Assembly (NCBI RefSeq): GCF_035084215.1
Contig: NC_090363.1
Span: 13,268,001 to 13,332,000, forward strand
Origin: Heptranchias perlo
Lineage: Eukaryota
Length of the DNA stretch: 64,000 nucleotides
Direction of reading: 5' to 3'
The position numbers were made by a program, and so were the translations under genes. Below, piece by piece: positions 35,420 to 48,429 of the stretch (its first letter is position 1; each line of letters starts with the position of its first letter). The notes under the pieces are model-generated. The model saw only the letters and a list, made by a program, of their open reading frames with translations, made no database searches and had not been told where the DNA came from.

Positions 35420-37525
35420 TAAGGACATAAGAAACAGGAGCAGGAGTAGGCCATACAGCCCCTCGAGCCTGCTCCGCCATTCAATAAGATCATGGCTGAT
35501 CTTCGACCTCAACTCCACTTTCCGGCCCGATCCCCATATCCCTTGATTCCCTTAGAGCCCAAAAATCCATCGATCTCAGCCTTGAATGTACTCAACGACT
35601 CAACATCCACAGCCCTCTGAGGTAGAGAATTCCAACCCTCTGAGTGAAGAAATTCCTCCACATCTCAGTCTTAAATGGCCGATCCCTTATCCTGAGACTA
35701 TGCCTCCTAATTCTAGACTCTCCTGCCAGAGGGACAATCTCTCAGCATCTACCCTGTCGAGCCCTCTCAGAATCTTATTTGTTTCAATGAGATCACCTCT
35801 CATTCTTCTAAACTCCAGAGAGAATAGGCCCATTCTACTCAACCTCTCCTCATAGGACAACCCTCTCATCCCAGGAATTAATCTAGTGAACCTTCGCTGC
35901 ACCGCCTCTAAGGCAAGTATATCCTTCCTTAGATAAGGAGACCAAAACTGTACACAGTACTCCAGATGTGGTCTCACCAAAGTCCTGTACAATTGTAGCA
36001 AGACTTCCTTACTCTTGTACTCCAAACCCCTTGCAATAAAGGCCAACATTCCATTTGCCTTCCTAATTGGATGTTGTACCTGCTTGTTAACTTTTTGTGT
36101 TTCTTGTACCCGGAAGTCCCAAGTCTCTCTGAACACCAACATTTAATAGTTTCTCACCATTTAAAAAAAATTCTGCTTTTCTATTCTTCCTATCAAAGTA
36201 AATAACCTCACATTTCCCCACATTATACTCCATCTGCCACCTTCTTGCCCACTCGCTTAACCTGTCTGTATCCCTTTGCAGATGCTTTGTATCCTCCTCA
36301 GAGCTTACTTTCCCACCTAGCTTTGTATTGTCAGCAAACTTGGATACATTACACACGGTCCCTTCATCTAAGTCATTAATATAGATTGTAAATAGCTGGG
36401 GCCCAAGCACTGATCCTTGCGGTACCCCACTAGTTACAGCCTGCCAACCTGAAAATGACCTGTTTATTCCTACTCTCTGTTTTCTGTCCGTTAACCAATC
36501 CTCAATCCATGCAAATATATTACCCCCAACCCCATGAGCCCTTATCTTGCATAACAACCTTTTATGTGGCACCTTATCGAATGCCTTTGGAAAATCCAAA
36601 TATACTACATCCACTGGTTCCCCTTTATCCTGCTAGTTACACCCTCAAAAAACTCTAATAAATTTGTCAGACACGATTTCCCTTTCATAAAACTATGTTG
36701 ACTCTGCCTAATCATATTATGATTTTCTAAGTGCTCTGTTACCACTGCCTTAATAATAGATTCCAGCATTTTCCCGACGACTGATGTCAGGCTAACTGGC
36801 CTGTAGTTCCCTGTTTTCTCTCTCCCTCCTTTCTTGAATAGCGGGGTTACATTTGCTACCGTCCAATCTGCTGGGACCATTCTAGAATCTAGGGAATTTT
36901 GAAAGATCAAAACCAATGCACCCACTATCTCTGCAGCCACCTCTTTTCGAACCCTAGGATGTAGGCCATCAGGTCCAGGGGATTTATAGGCTTTTAGTCC
37001 CATTAGTTTCTCCAGTACTTTTTCTCTACTGATAATAATTACTTTAATCCTCACTCTCATTTGCCCCTTGATTCCCCACTATTCCTAGTATGCTTTTTGT
37101 GTCTTCCACTGTGAAGACAGATACAAAATATTTGTTTAACATCTCTGCCATTTCCTTATTCCTGATTATAATTTCTCCTGTCTCAGCCTCTAAGGGACCA
37201 ACGTTTACTTTCGCTAATCTCTTCCTTTTTATATACTTGTCGAAGCTCTTACAATCCGTTTTTATATTTCTTGCTGGTTTACTCTCATATTCTATTTTCT
37301 CCCTTTTTATGAGTTTTTGGTCATCCTTTGCTGGTTTCTAAAACTCTCCCAATCCTCAGGTTTACTACTATTCTTCACATCATTATAGGCCTCTTCTTTT
37401 AATCTAATACTAAAATTAACTTCCTTAGTTCGCCACGGGTGGATCACTTTTCCTGTGGAGTTTTTATTTCTCAATAGAATGTTTATTTGTTGAGAATATT
37501 GAAATATTTCTTTAAATGTTTGCCA
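35420..37525 (-). mobile_element. CR1 LINE fragment of about 2.1 kb
   Basis: KSPGPDGLHPRV, GNYRPVSLTS, GVPQGSVLGP; same subfamily as the 22668 host. Confidence 0.9.
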
Positions 37526-37870
37526 TAATATCCCACATAAGGGCAATAGAGATATATGACAATACCCTATAATATCCCACATAAGGGCAATAGGATATAT
37601 GACAATACCCTATAATATCCCACATAAGGGCAATAGGATATATGACAATACCCTATAATATCCCACATAAGGGCAATAGGATATATGAAAATATCCCATA
37701 ATATCCCACATAAGGGCAATAGGGATATATGAAAATATCCCATAATATCCCACATAAGGGCAATAGGGATATATGAAAATATCCCATAATATCCCACATA
37801 AGGGCAATAGGGATATATGAAAATATCCCATAATATCCCACATAAGGGCAATAGGATATATGACAATATC
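37525..37870. repeat. 43-44-bp AT-rich minisatellite
   Basis: unit tataatatcccacataagggcaataggatatatgacaataccc; a related unit at about 35365-35420 on the far side of the CR1. Confidence 0.9.
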
Positions 37871-39064
37871 CTCTATAAACCCAACAGATGTTGACCTCTG
37901 ATTATTGCTGTGGTTTGGCTCGTTTTATAACATACATTCACATGTTCTTTATTACATGTATCAAGTGTTCTTTATCACAGATGTTCACACTGTATCACAT
38001 GTATCATGTTTATTACACGTTCTTTTCATTATATACATCACTTATTATACATCACCTATTACATATTGTCACATGTTGTTTACTTACATTGTGTTATTTT
38101 TATGATATAAATATCACATTGTTTTATTATGTACATCACGTGTCCATTTAATTCGATCCATGGCTGTGTCTTTGTGCTCGTTTCCCCAGTTTACCCTTGT
38201 GGTGCACTACATTTTGCAGTTTGTTTTGTACAGCTTTCCCAGGTGTGTACCTGTGTAGTGTAGGGGTGTTGGCACAGTCGCACACGCTGGTGGAGTGGGT
38301 GGCGTGGGAGCTTGAGGGGAAGGTGGCAGGCCATGGGGGCGAGCAACCTTTCCTGGGGTGAGTCCTGGAGAGGGCAGAGAGCTCGGTCTTAGCTCAGGCC
38401 TGGAGCTGGGCGGGGAGGTCTTGCCTTATCGGAACAGGAAGAGGCCATTTAGCCCCTCGAGCCTGTTCCAACATTCAATGAGATCATTACTGATCTGTGA
38501 CCTAACTCCATATACCGTAGCCCCATATCCCTTAATACCTTTGGAGGACAAAAGTCTATTCTCAGATTGAAAATTAACAATTGAACTACCATTTGCAGAA
38601 GAGAGTTCTAAACTTCTCCCACCCTTTGTGTGTAGAAGTGTTTCCTGACTTCACTCCTGAAAGTCCTGGCTCTAATTTTTAGGCTATGTCCCCTAGTCCT
38701 GGATTCCCCAACCATTACCTCTTGCTCTCCCAATTGAATCAAACTCATCAAAAACTAGCGGGATTTGAAGAAAAGCAGCCAGATTTATCTCCACCCCACC
38801 AGCTGCGCCGGGAGAGCAAGGGGCCGACAGGGCTGCTTGGGGTCTTTTCGGTATCCCTGAGCAGAACGATCAGGTTGGCTGCAGCAGCAGGTTGGCTGTC
38901 GATGAGTGCTGGTCCAGGGGCTCCCAGCACTGTGCCAGCTACAGACTCTGTGTCCCTGTATCTCGTTCTGCTTCCAGGAAACCTCAGTTAGAATCTGTTC
39001 ATGATTTCTCAGGCATTTTTGCACTATTATAACGTGCGCACGTCACAGAATAGAAGAGGGAGTA

Positions 39065-40210
39065 AACAACAATCTGCATTTACATAGCGCCTTGAACGGA
39101 GTAAAACGTCCCAAGGCGCTTCACAGGAGCGATTATCAAACAAAATTTGACACCGAGCCACATCATGAGATATTAGGACAGGTGATCAAATACTTGGTCA
39201 AAGAGGTAGGTTTTGAAGGAGGAGAGAGAGGTAGAGAGGCTGAGAGGTATAGGGAGGGAATTCCAGAGCTTAGGGCCCAGGCAGCTGAAGGCACGGCCGC
39301 CAACGGTGGAGCGAAGGAAAATCGGACATACACAAGAGGCAAGAATTGGAGGAGCAGAGATCTCAGAGGGTTGTAGGGCTGGAGGAGGTTACAGAGATAG
39401 GGAGGGGCGAGGCCATGGAGGAGGTTACAGAGATAGGGAGGGGCGAGGCCATGGAGGAGGTTACAGAGATAGGGAGGGGCGAGACCAGGGAGGAGGTTAC
39501 AGAGATAGGGAGGGGCGAGGCCATGGAGGAGGTTACAGAGATAGGGAGGGGCGAGGCCATGGAGGAGGTTACAGAGATAGGGAGGGGCGAGGCCATGGAG
39601 GAGGTTACAGAGATAGTGAGGGGCGAGGCCATGGAGGAGGTTACAGAGATAGGGAGGGGCGAGGCCATGGAGGAGGATACAGAGATAGTGAGGGGCGAGG
39701 CCATGGAGGAGGTTACAGAGATAGGGAGGGGCGAGGCCATGGAGGAGGTTACAGAGATAGGGAGGGGCGAGGCCATGGAGGAGGTTACAGAGATAGGGAG
39801 GGGCGAGGCCATGGAGGAGGTTACAGAGATAGTGAGGGGCGAGGCCATGGAGGAGGTTACAGAGATAGGGAGGGGCGAGGCCATGGAGGAGGTTACAGAG
39901 ATAGGGAGGGGCGAGGCCATGGAGGAGGTTACAGAGATAGGGAGGGGCGAGGCCATGGAGGAGGTTACAGAGATAGGGAGGGGCGAGGCCATGGAGGAGG
40001 TTACAGAGATAGGGAGGGGGCTCGGCCATGGAGGAGGTTACAGAGATAGGGAGGGGCGAGACCATGGAGGAGGTTACAGAGATAGGGAGGGGGCTCGGCC
40101 ATGGAGGAGGTTACAGAGATAGGGAGGGGGCTCGGCCATGGAGGAGGTTACAGAGATAGGGAGGGGCGAGGCCATGGAGGAGGTTACAGAGATAGGGAGG
40201 GGCGAGACCA
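39065..40210 (-). mobile_element. L2 3' end with an internal 36-bp tandem expansion (about 39380-40210)
   Basis: unit encodes the L2 ORF2 peptide LHGLAPPYLCNL, about 23 copies. Confidence 0.9.
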
Positions 40211-40625
40211 AGAGAATAAATTACCTCTTGCTCTCCCAATTGAATCAAACTCATCAAAAACTAGCGGGCAAAAATCAGGACATCACTAACAAAACTTCCA
40301 GTGTTGGCAGTGCTGAGATTCCTTGCAAAGGTCCTGCATTTCCTGATCACAGCTCTCAGGAACACTCAAAGTGCCTCACACACACTGAATGACCTCGCGG
40401 TGCAGCCACTGTCGCTCTGCGGCCAAAGCTGCAGCCATTTTGTGCACGGTGAGATCCCACGGATGCTTTTATTTCTGGTCGGGGGGGTTTGGTCACAGAA
40501 ATGGACGTGGATCCGCGGTCTTGTCCGATCTGAGTGCGTCTGGGCTCACGCTGAAAGGGACGGGGCTGTGGGCAGAACCTGCTGCTCCCGAACTGACGCC
40601 TTTTTGTACAAACTGTCTGTTACAG

Positions 40626-40642
40626 GGGGCCTTTTCATGTGA
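40626..40642 (+). CDS. HSD17B8: HSD17B8 exon 9 (terminal)
   Basis: tacag|GG GGC CTT TTC ATG TGA gives GGLFM*, the recalled mammalian C-terminus; phase fits. Confidence 0.85.
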
Positions 40643-41440
40643 CGCTAAACTCCGAGCAACACCACGCAGCAGGAGATCGTCTGCGGGAGGCCGAGGATCA
40701 CAGGGATATCAAGGCCGGAACTGGCAACACGGGGGCGACTCGCTTGGATTCTGCTTGTGGACACTTTGCTGTGTGAACGGCTGGAGCTACTGAGAAGCAC
40801 AGGAGGGAGGGCACTCACAAATAAGAGTCACTCCTTTGTATTTCAGGGGTTGTCTCTTCTCCCCTACCCTCCCTCCCTCCCTCCCACTGGGGTACTGTTC
40901 CCCAAAAGCTGCAAACTCTCCCCTTGCCCACCGGACTATTTGACCGTGGGAGACATCACTGGAGCCTGCTCTTGTCCTCGCCTGATGTGCTGTTTCCAGT
41001 GGAGTGCCTCCAGGTCTGCCTTTCCCCACCTTTAGCCTGTGGGCACAGAGGACGACGAGTGCTGCAATCGTTAACCCTGGCTCGGCACAGAACAGGGGTC
41101 AGAGCTGAGGCCCCTCCTGGCTCACGTACTCGCTGGGTAAACTCATCGAACCCACTGCGAGCATCCCCTGATATCATCGTATGTGAACGGGAGCAGTCAC
41201 CTCCCTCTCACCAGTCTATTACTGAGAGGAGAGTCCACCTGATGGTAAATAAGCAGGAAATCCTGGCCCAGCAGTAGGGTCTGATCTCTGGTCCACACAG
41301 CAGCCTGTTCCTATCCAGGGCAAGTCATCTATCCACTGCCTCTGGGACTGTTTACACAACACTGGGCACGAGGGCAGGAAATAATACTCAGGGGAGGGGG
41401 ATATTATGTTACTCCATCGCTTGGTTTGCTTACAGTACCC

Positions 41441-41817
41441 GTGACTCAGCTCTTGGCCGTGCACTAGTGCTCGTGACTCAGCTCTGTGCCCTGCACCAGT
41501 GCTCGTGACTCAGCTCTGTGCCCTGCACCAGTGCTCGTGACTCAGCTCTGTGCCCTGCACCAGTGCTCGTGACTCAGCTCTGTGCCCTGCACCAGTGCTC
41601 GTGACTCAGCTCTGTGCCCTGCACCAGTGCTCGTGACTCAGCTCTGTGCCCTGCACCAGTGCTCGTGACTCAGCTCTGTGCCCTGCACTCGTGCTCGTGA
41701 CTCAGCTCTGTGCCCTGCACCAGTGCTCGTGACTCAGCTCTGTGCCCTGCACCAGTGCTCGTGACTCAGCTCTGTGCCCTGCACCAGTGCTCGTGACTCA
41801 GCTCTGTGCCCTGCACC
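41441..41817. repeat. 32-bp minisatellite, 12 copies, each with TGACTCAGC
   Basis: unit gtgactcagctctgtgccctgcaccagtgctc. Confidence 0.95.
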
Positions 41818-41902
41818 ACCACCCGTGCCTTTGGTGCCTCGATATTAATGACCTGTAACAACCCACTGTGCAATTATGGAATTTTATTATTGAAACATCG
41901 AT

Positions 41903-41908
41903 AATAAA
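41903..41908 (+). terminator. Candidate HSD17B8 polyadenylation signal
   Basis: AATAAA about 1.26 kb after the stop, in AT-rich context. Confidence 0.45.
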
Positions 41909-41944
41909 CTAATTGATGAACTGAAATTGTCTGATTAATACTGA

Positions 41945-43432
41945 CTATGTATCTCACTGTACGGGGAGTGTCTGGTACTGGGTCCGTGTATCTCACTGTA
42001 CAGGGAGAGTCTCTGGTACTGGGTCTGTGTACCTCACTGTACAGGGAGAGTCTCTGGTACTGGGTCTGTGTACCTCACTATAGGGAGAGTCTCTGGTACT
42101 GGGTCTGTGTACCTCACTATAGGGAGAGTCTCTGGTACTGGGTCTGTGTACCTCACTGTACAGGGAGAGTCTCTGGTACTGGGTCTGTGTATCTCACTGT
42201 ACAGGGAGAGTCTCTGGTACTGGGTCTGTGTATCTCACTGTACAGGGAGAGTCTCTGGTACTGGGTCTGTGTACCTCACTGTACAGGGAGAGTCTCTGGT
42301 ACTGGGTCTGTGTACCTCACTGTACAGGGAGAGTCTCTGGTACTGGGTCTGTGTACCTCACTGTACAGGGAGAGTCTCTGGTACTGGGTCTGTGTACCTC
42401 ACTGTACGGGGAGAGTCTCTGGTACTGGGTCTGTGTACCTCACTGTACAGGGAGAGTCTCTGGTACTGGGTCTGTGTACCTCACTATAGGGAGTCTCTGG
42501 TACTGGGTCTGTGTACCTCACTATAGGGAGTCTCTGGTACTGGGTTTGTGTACCTCACTGTACAGGGAGAGTCTCTGGTACTGGGTTTGTGTACCTCACT
42601 GTACGGGGAGAGTCTCTGGTACTGGGTCTGTGTACCTCACTGTACGGGGAGAGTCTCTGGTACTGGGTCTGTGTACCTCACTGTACGGGGAGAGTCTCTG
42701 GTACTGGGTCTGTGTACCTCACTGTACAGGGAGAGTCTCTGGTACTGGGTCTGTGTACCTCACTATAGGGAGTCTCTGGTACTGGGTCTGTGTACCTCAC
42801 TGTACAGGGAGAGTCTCTGGTACTGGGTTTGTGTACCTCACTGTACAGGGAGAGTCTCTGGTACTGGGTTTGTGTACCTCACTGTACGGGGAGAGTCTCT
42901 GGTACTGGGTCTGTGTACCTCACTATAGGGAGTCTCTGGTACTGGGTCTGTGTACCTCACTATAGGGAGTCTCTGGTACTGGGTTTGTGTACCTCACTGT
43001 ACAGGGAGAGTCTCTGGTACTGGGTTTGTGTACCTCACTGTACGGGGAGAGTCTCTGGTACTGGGTCTGTGTACCTCACTATAGGGAGTCTCTGGTACTG
43101 GGTCTGTGTACCTCACTATAGGGAGTCTCTGGTACTGGGTCTGTGTACCTCACTGTACAGGGAGAGTCTCTGGTACTGGGTCTGTGTACCTCACTGTACG
43201 GGGAGAGTCTCTGGTACTGGGTCTGTGTACCTCACTGTACAGGGAGAGTCTCTGGTACTGGGTCTGTGTACCTCACTGTACAGGGAGAGTCTCTGGTACT
43301 GGGTCTGTGTACCTCACTGTACAGGGAGAGTCTCTGGTACTGGGTCTGTGTACCTCACTGTACAGGGAGAGTCTCTGGTACTGGGTCTGTGTACCTCACT
43401 ATAGGGAGTCTCTGGTACTGGGTCTGTGTACC
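41945..43432. repeat. 37-41-bp minisatellite
   Basis: unit gtacctcactgtacagggagagtctctggtactgggtctgt. Confidence 0.95.
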
Positions 43433-43952
43433 TTTCTGTCCTCACCTGATGACCACGTATACACGACGAGGACTATCCACCTGCACCTTGTTGATTTGTA
43501 CGCCTCAGTTGGACACTGGGGGCCCACCATTGACCAACTGGGCCATATACTCCCGTTTGCTGCTTATAATCCACCCACTCATGGAGACTGTCAGCTCACG
43601 CCCAAACAGTGACTCTCCTCCTTGGGGAGGGAGAGGGGAAGTGGAGTGGGGGGAGTGGAGATCTGTACAGGGACAGAGTGTGCATTCCATATGGCTGTGT
43701 GGGTGGGGGTATGTGTGTGAGGGTACGTGTGTGTGTGTGTGTGGGTGTGTCAGACACAACTGGCCAACAGAAAACTGTACAAACTCAATCCATACAGAAT
43801 TTTTGTCCCCGCTGGGACTTTAAATATTCTAACGACCCCTCAGGTGTGGGGTCCCTCCCTCTTTCTCTCCCTCCCTCCCTCTCTCCCTCTCTCTCCCTCT
43901 CTCTCCCTCCCTCCCTCCCTCCGTCCCTCCCTTTCATTCTTCTGGTCATTTG

Positions 43953-43958
43953 TTTATT
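43953..43958 (-). terminator. Candidate BBS10 polyadenylation signal
   Basis: TTTATT (AATAAA on minus) about 710 bp past the stop. Confidence 0.45.
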
Positions 43959-44164
43959 CTTTTATAAAAATTCCCGGTTTAAATTCTCCAGGAGTTGGAT
44001 AAATGCTTGAAAAGGAGAAATTTGCAGGGCTTACGGGAAAGAGCAGAGGGAGGGCGACTAATTGGATAGCTCTTGCAGAGAGCCGGCACAGGCAAAATGG
44101 GCCAAATGGCCTCGTTCTGTGGTGTGAGATTCTACAAGACTGCAGTTTTTTGTTTTACAGAAGG

Positions 44165-44660
44165 GTGTCGGGCCCGCCCGGTGATGGGTTCGCCCCGGTG
44201 TCGGCCTCTCCTGGTGTCGGGCCCGCCCGGTGATGGACTCTCCCTGGTGTCGGCCTATCCTGGTGTCGGACTCTCCCCGGTGATGGACTCTCCCTGGTGT
44301 CGGCCTCTCTTGGTGTCGGGCCCGCCCGGTGATGGACTCTCCCTGGTGTCGGCCTCTCCTGGTGTCGGCGCTCTCCCCAGTGATGGACTCTCCCCGGTGT
44401 CGGCTTCTCCTGGTGTCGGGCCTGTCCGGTGATGGACTCTCCCTGGCGTTGGCCTCTCCCCGGTGTCGGCCTCTCCCCGGTGACGGCATGCTCCTGGTGT
44501 CGGCCTCTCCCCGGTGACGGCATGCTCCTGGTGTCGGCCTCGCCCGGTGACGGCATGCTCCTGGTGTCGGCCTCGCCCGGTGACCCCTCTAACCCTCTGC
44601 GTTGGGCTCTCCCGGTGACGGCCCTCTCCCCGGTGATGCCTCGCCCGGTGACGGCCCCGG
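44165..44660. repeat. Degenerate GC-rich tandem repeat in the putative BBS10 3' UTR
   Basis: ggtgtcggcctctcc / ccggtgatggactctcc units. Confidence 0.85.
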
Positions 44661-44668
44661 ATTCCAGC

Positions 44669-46340
44669 CTACTCGGATTCCTCGCTCGCCGGCTGCGGTT
44701 TCTTCCCGAGTTTGCCCCGGACGGCGATGGCTCGGTCGACGGTCAGCAGGCTCCTCAGGCACTGCAGCGCCGAAATCAGCAGGTGCCGTTTGGAGGCCAC
44801 CACCTCCAGGGGCCCCTCGTTCACCGGCGGCCCCCCTCCCGCCCCGAGACCGGCGGTGAAGTCGGCGTGAAGCCGGAGGAAGTCCCGGCCCCGCCCGGCC
44901 TGGGAGTGAACGTGCCGGGGGATGTTGAGCAAGGCGTCCGCCACCACGGTGCACGCCGCCCTGGTGTCGGGCCGCTGCCGGCTCTCGGCGTCACGCCGGA
45001 GGTAGTGGTGCATCAGGAACTCAAAGGCGCCGCCCGGGGGCAGCACGCTCCCGGCAGGCACGGCACCATCGCTCGGGTCCCCCTCCCGGGCACTGGCTGC
45101 CGGATCTGCCGACCGGCAGCGGTCGACTCCCTCTGCCGGAGTCTCGGACTCGGTGTCCTGGATCCTCTTGCTGTTGGCACCCGCCTGGCCCTCCGTTTCA
45201 TCTTCGGCTCTCCCCAGCTCCCCGGCCCCGCGTCTCTCGCTCCCCTTCCCCAGCCCGCTGTCTTTCCCCCTCGCCCCCGACTCCGGCGGCAGCAGCAGCC
45301 GCAGCAGCTTGAAGGCCCCGTGGACTGCGTCGCGATGCTGCGCGGCCTGCCCCTGGACCGGGGCGCACAGCACCAGGCAGTGGGGTCTGAAACCGTCCCT
45401 GGCCTGGAATCCCACCAGAACCTGCCCGAGCGGCCCTGGCCGGCAGAAGGTGGCCAGGACGGTGTGGGAGAGCTGAGCCCCCCTGGCCCGAGAGAGGGGG
45501 GCCGCGCCCGTCAGCCTCCTCACCAGGCCCAGCTCCTCCCCCGACAGGCCCTGAACCACCGAGACCCCGTGTTGCTGGGCTAACTCGAGCACGCAGCCCG
45601 GCTGCTGGGGGCCTGAGAGCAGCAGCCGCACCCCCAGCCCCCGCAGGCCAGCCACGGCCTCCTCTGCCCTACTCCGGGCCCAGGCTCGGGCCTCCGCCAG
45701 GTCCTGGGCCCTCTCCAGCCTCAAGGTGCAGCCAGCCTGGCTCAGGGGGGGCAGCAGGCTGCAGGTGACCACCAGCACCCTCATCTCCCCCTCGGCCTGG
45801 CAGAGCACGGCCAGGCCCCGGCCCAGCGCCAGGCCCTCCAGCACCCTGGTGCGGCCCACGGGGAGGCCGGTCACCGTGCAGTGCAGGCCTGAGAAGCATT
45901 CGTCGGCGAGGCCCAGGGCCGTCTCCACGCCCCCCTCAGGGGGAGCCAGGCAGCCCAGGAGCTCGAGGGTGACCCGGGTGAGGACGGGGCCGTGGGCACT
46001 GCCCGCCTTGCCGCTGAAGTAAGGCCCCAGCACCCGGGCCGCCTGCCCCCTGGGGAGCTGGGACCGGCCCCGGGAGAAGGAGAGGGCCGAGGAGCAGTGA
46101 GGGGCCAGCTGACGCCCCATCACCCGGTCCAGGACCTCCACCTCCAGCCTGGCCAGGCCCAACGCCAGCCTGGCCTGCTGCGCTCGGGCTCTCTGCCCTC
46201 TGCTCCCCCCCACCCCAGCGGGGCCTTCCCCTCCCGTCTGGGCCTGCACTCCCCGCAGCAACGCGGCCAGCAGCAGGATGAAGGACTTGGCTCCGTCTCC
46301 AGTCGAGCTGCAGTGGGCTAACACACACTGAACCATCAAC
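44669..46340 (-). CDS. BBS10: BBS10 chaperonin-like protein, last coding exon
   Basis: LMVQCVLAHCSSTGDGAKSFILLL, LVLCAPVQG, VLPPGGAFEFLMHHYL, PLEVVASK; acceptor ttttccccag|G. Confidence 0.93.
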
Positions 46341-46540
46341 CTGGGGAAAACAAGGAGAATTACACCGAGTTACATTGAATGCACAGCACAGAAACAGGCC
46401 ATTCGGCCCAACTGGTCTATGCTGTTGTTTATGCTCCACACGAGCCTCCTCCCTCCCGAATTCATCTCACCCTGTCACCTTATCCTTCTATTCCTTTCTC
46501 CCTCATGTGTTTATCCAGCTTCCCCTTAAATGTATCTATG

Positions 46541-48285
46541 TGCGGAACCACAAGAGATGGGTGAGATCCTGAATGAATATTTCACATCGGTATTTACGGT
46601 TGAGAAAGGCATGGATGTTAGGGAACTTGGGGAAATAAATAGTGATGTCTTGAGGAGTGTACATATTACAGAGAGGGAGGTGCTGGAAGTCTTAACGCGC
46701 ATCAAGGTAGATAAATCTCCGGGACCTGATGAAATGTATCCCAGGACGTTATGGGAGGTTAGGGAGGAAATTGCGGGTCCCCTAGCAGAGATATTTGAAT
46801 CATCCACCGCTACAGGTGAGGTGCCTGAAGATTGGAGGGTAGCAAATGTTGTGCCTTTGTTTAAGAAGGGCGGCAGGGAAAAGCCTGGGAACTACAGACC
46901 GGTGTGCCTGACATCTGTAGTGGGTAAGTTGTTCGAGGGTATTCTGAGGGACAGGATCGACAGGCATTTGGAGAGGCAGGGACTGATCAGGAACAGTCAG
47001 CATGGTTTTGTGAGAGGAAAATCATGTCTCACGAATTTGATTGAGTTTTTTGAAGGGGTAACCAAGAAGATAGATGAGGGCTGTGCAGTAGACGTGGTCT
47101 ACATGGACTTCAGCAAAGCATTTGACAAGGTACCACATGGTAGGTTGTTACATAAGGTTAAATCTCATGGGATCCAAGGTGAGGTAGCCAATTGGATACA
47201 AAATTGGATTGACGACAGAAGACAGAGGGTGGTTGTAGAGGGTTGTTTTACAAACTGGAGGCCTGTGACCAGCGGTGTGCCTCAGGGATTGGTGCTGGGT
47301 CCGTTGTTATTTGTTATTTATATTAATGATTTGGATGAGAATTTAGGAGGCATGGTTAGTAAGTTTGCAGATGACACCAAGATTGGTGGCATTGTGGACA
47401 GTGAAGAAGGTTATCTAGGATTGCAACGGGATCTTGATAAATTGGGCCAGTGGGCCGATGAATGGCAGATGGAGTTTAATTTAGATAAATGTGAGGTGAT
47501 GCATTTTGGTAGATCGAATCGGGCCAGGACCTACTCCGTTAATGGTAGGGCGTTGGGGAGAGTTATAGAACAAAGAGATCTCGGAGTACAGGTTCATAGC
47601 TCCTTGAAAGTGGAGTCACAGGTGGATAGGGTGGTGAAGAAGGCATTCAGCATGCTTGGTTTCATTGGTCAGAACATTGAATACAGGAGTTGGGATGTCT
47701 TGTTGAAGTTGTACAGGACATTAGTAAGGCCACACTTGGAATACTGTGTACAGTTCTGGTCACCCTATTATAGAAAGGATATTATTAAACTAGAAAGAGT
47801 GCAGAAAAGATTTACTAGGATGCTACCGGGACTTGATGGTTTGACTTATAGGGAGAGGTTGGATAGACTGAGACTTTTTTCCCTGGAGAGTAGGAGGTTT
47901 AGGGGTGATCTTATAGAAGTCTATAAAATAATGAGGGGCATAGATAAGGTAGATAGTCAAAATCTTTTCCCAAAGGTAGGGGAGTCTATAACGAGGGGGC
48001 ATAGATTTAAGGTGAGAGGGGAGAGATACAAAAGGGTCCAGAGGGGCAATTTTTTCACTCAAAGGGTGGTGAGTGTCTGGAACGAGCTGCCAGAGGCAGT
48101 AGTAGAGGCGGGTATAATTTTGTCTTTTAAAAAGCATTTGGACAGTTACACGGATAAGATGGGTATAGAGGGATATGGGCCAAGTGCAGGCAATTGGGAC
48201 GAGCTTGGTGGTATAAACTGGGCGACATGGACATGTTGGGCCGAAGGGCCTGTTTCCATGTTGTAAACTTCTATGATTCTATGAT
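46541..48285 (+). mobile_element. Young 5'-truncated CR1 LINE with uninterrupted RT frame, nested in an older minus-strand CR1 3' fragment (about 46365-48365)
   Basis: 578-aa ORF with YMDFSKAFDKVPH, GVPQG, FADD; near-identical to 25132-26288. Confidence 0.95.
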
Positions 48286-48429
48286 ATTCGCCTCAACCAT
48301 TCCCTGTGATAGTGAGTTCCCCACTCTCACCACTCTCTGGATAAACAAGTTTCTCCTGAATTCTCTGGAAAATATATCAGTCCCTGAGATTGTGAGCCCA
48401 GGGGGGTTTGATCAATAGGGGTACAGAGT

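Noticed and set aside
44429-45583. 384-aa plus-strand ORF
   Set aside because: Antisense shadow of the GC-rich BBS10 exon plus the GC repeat
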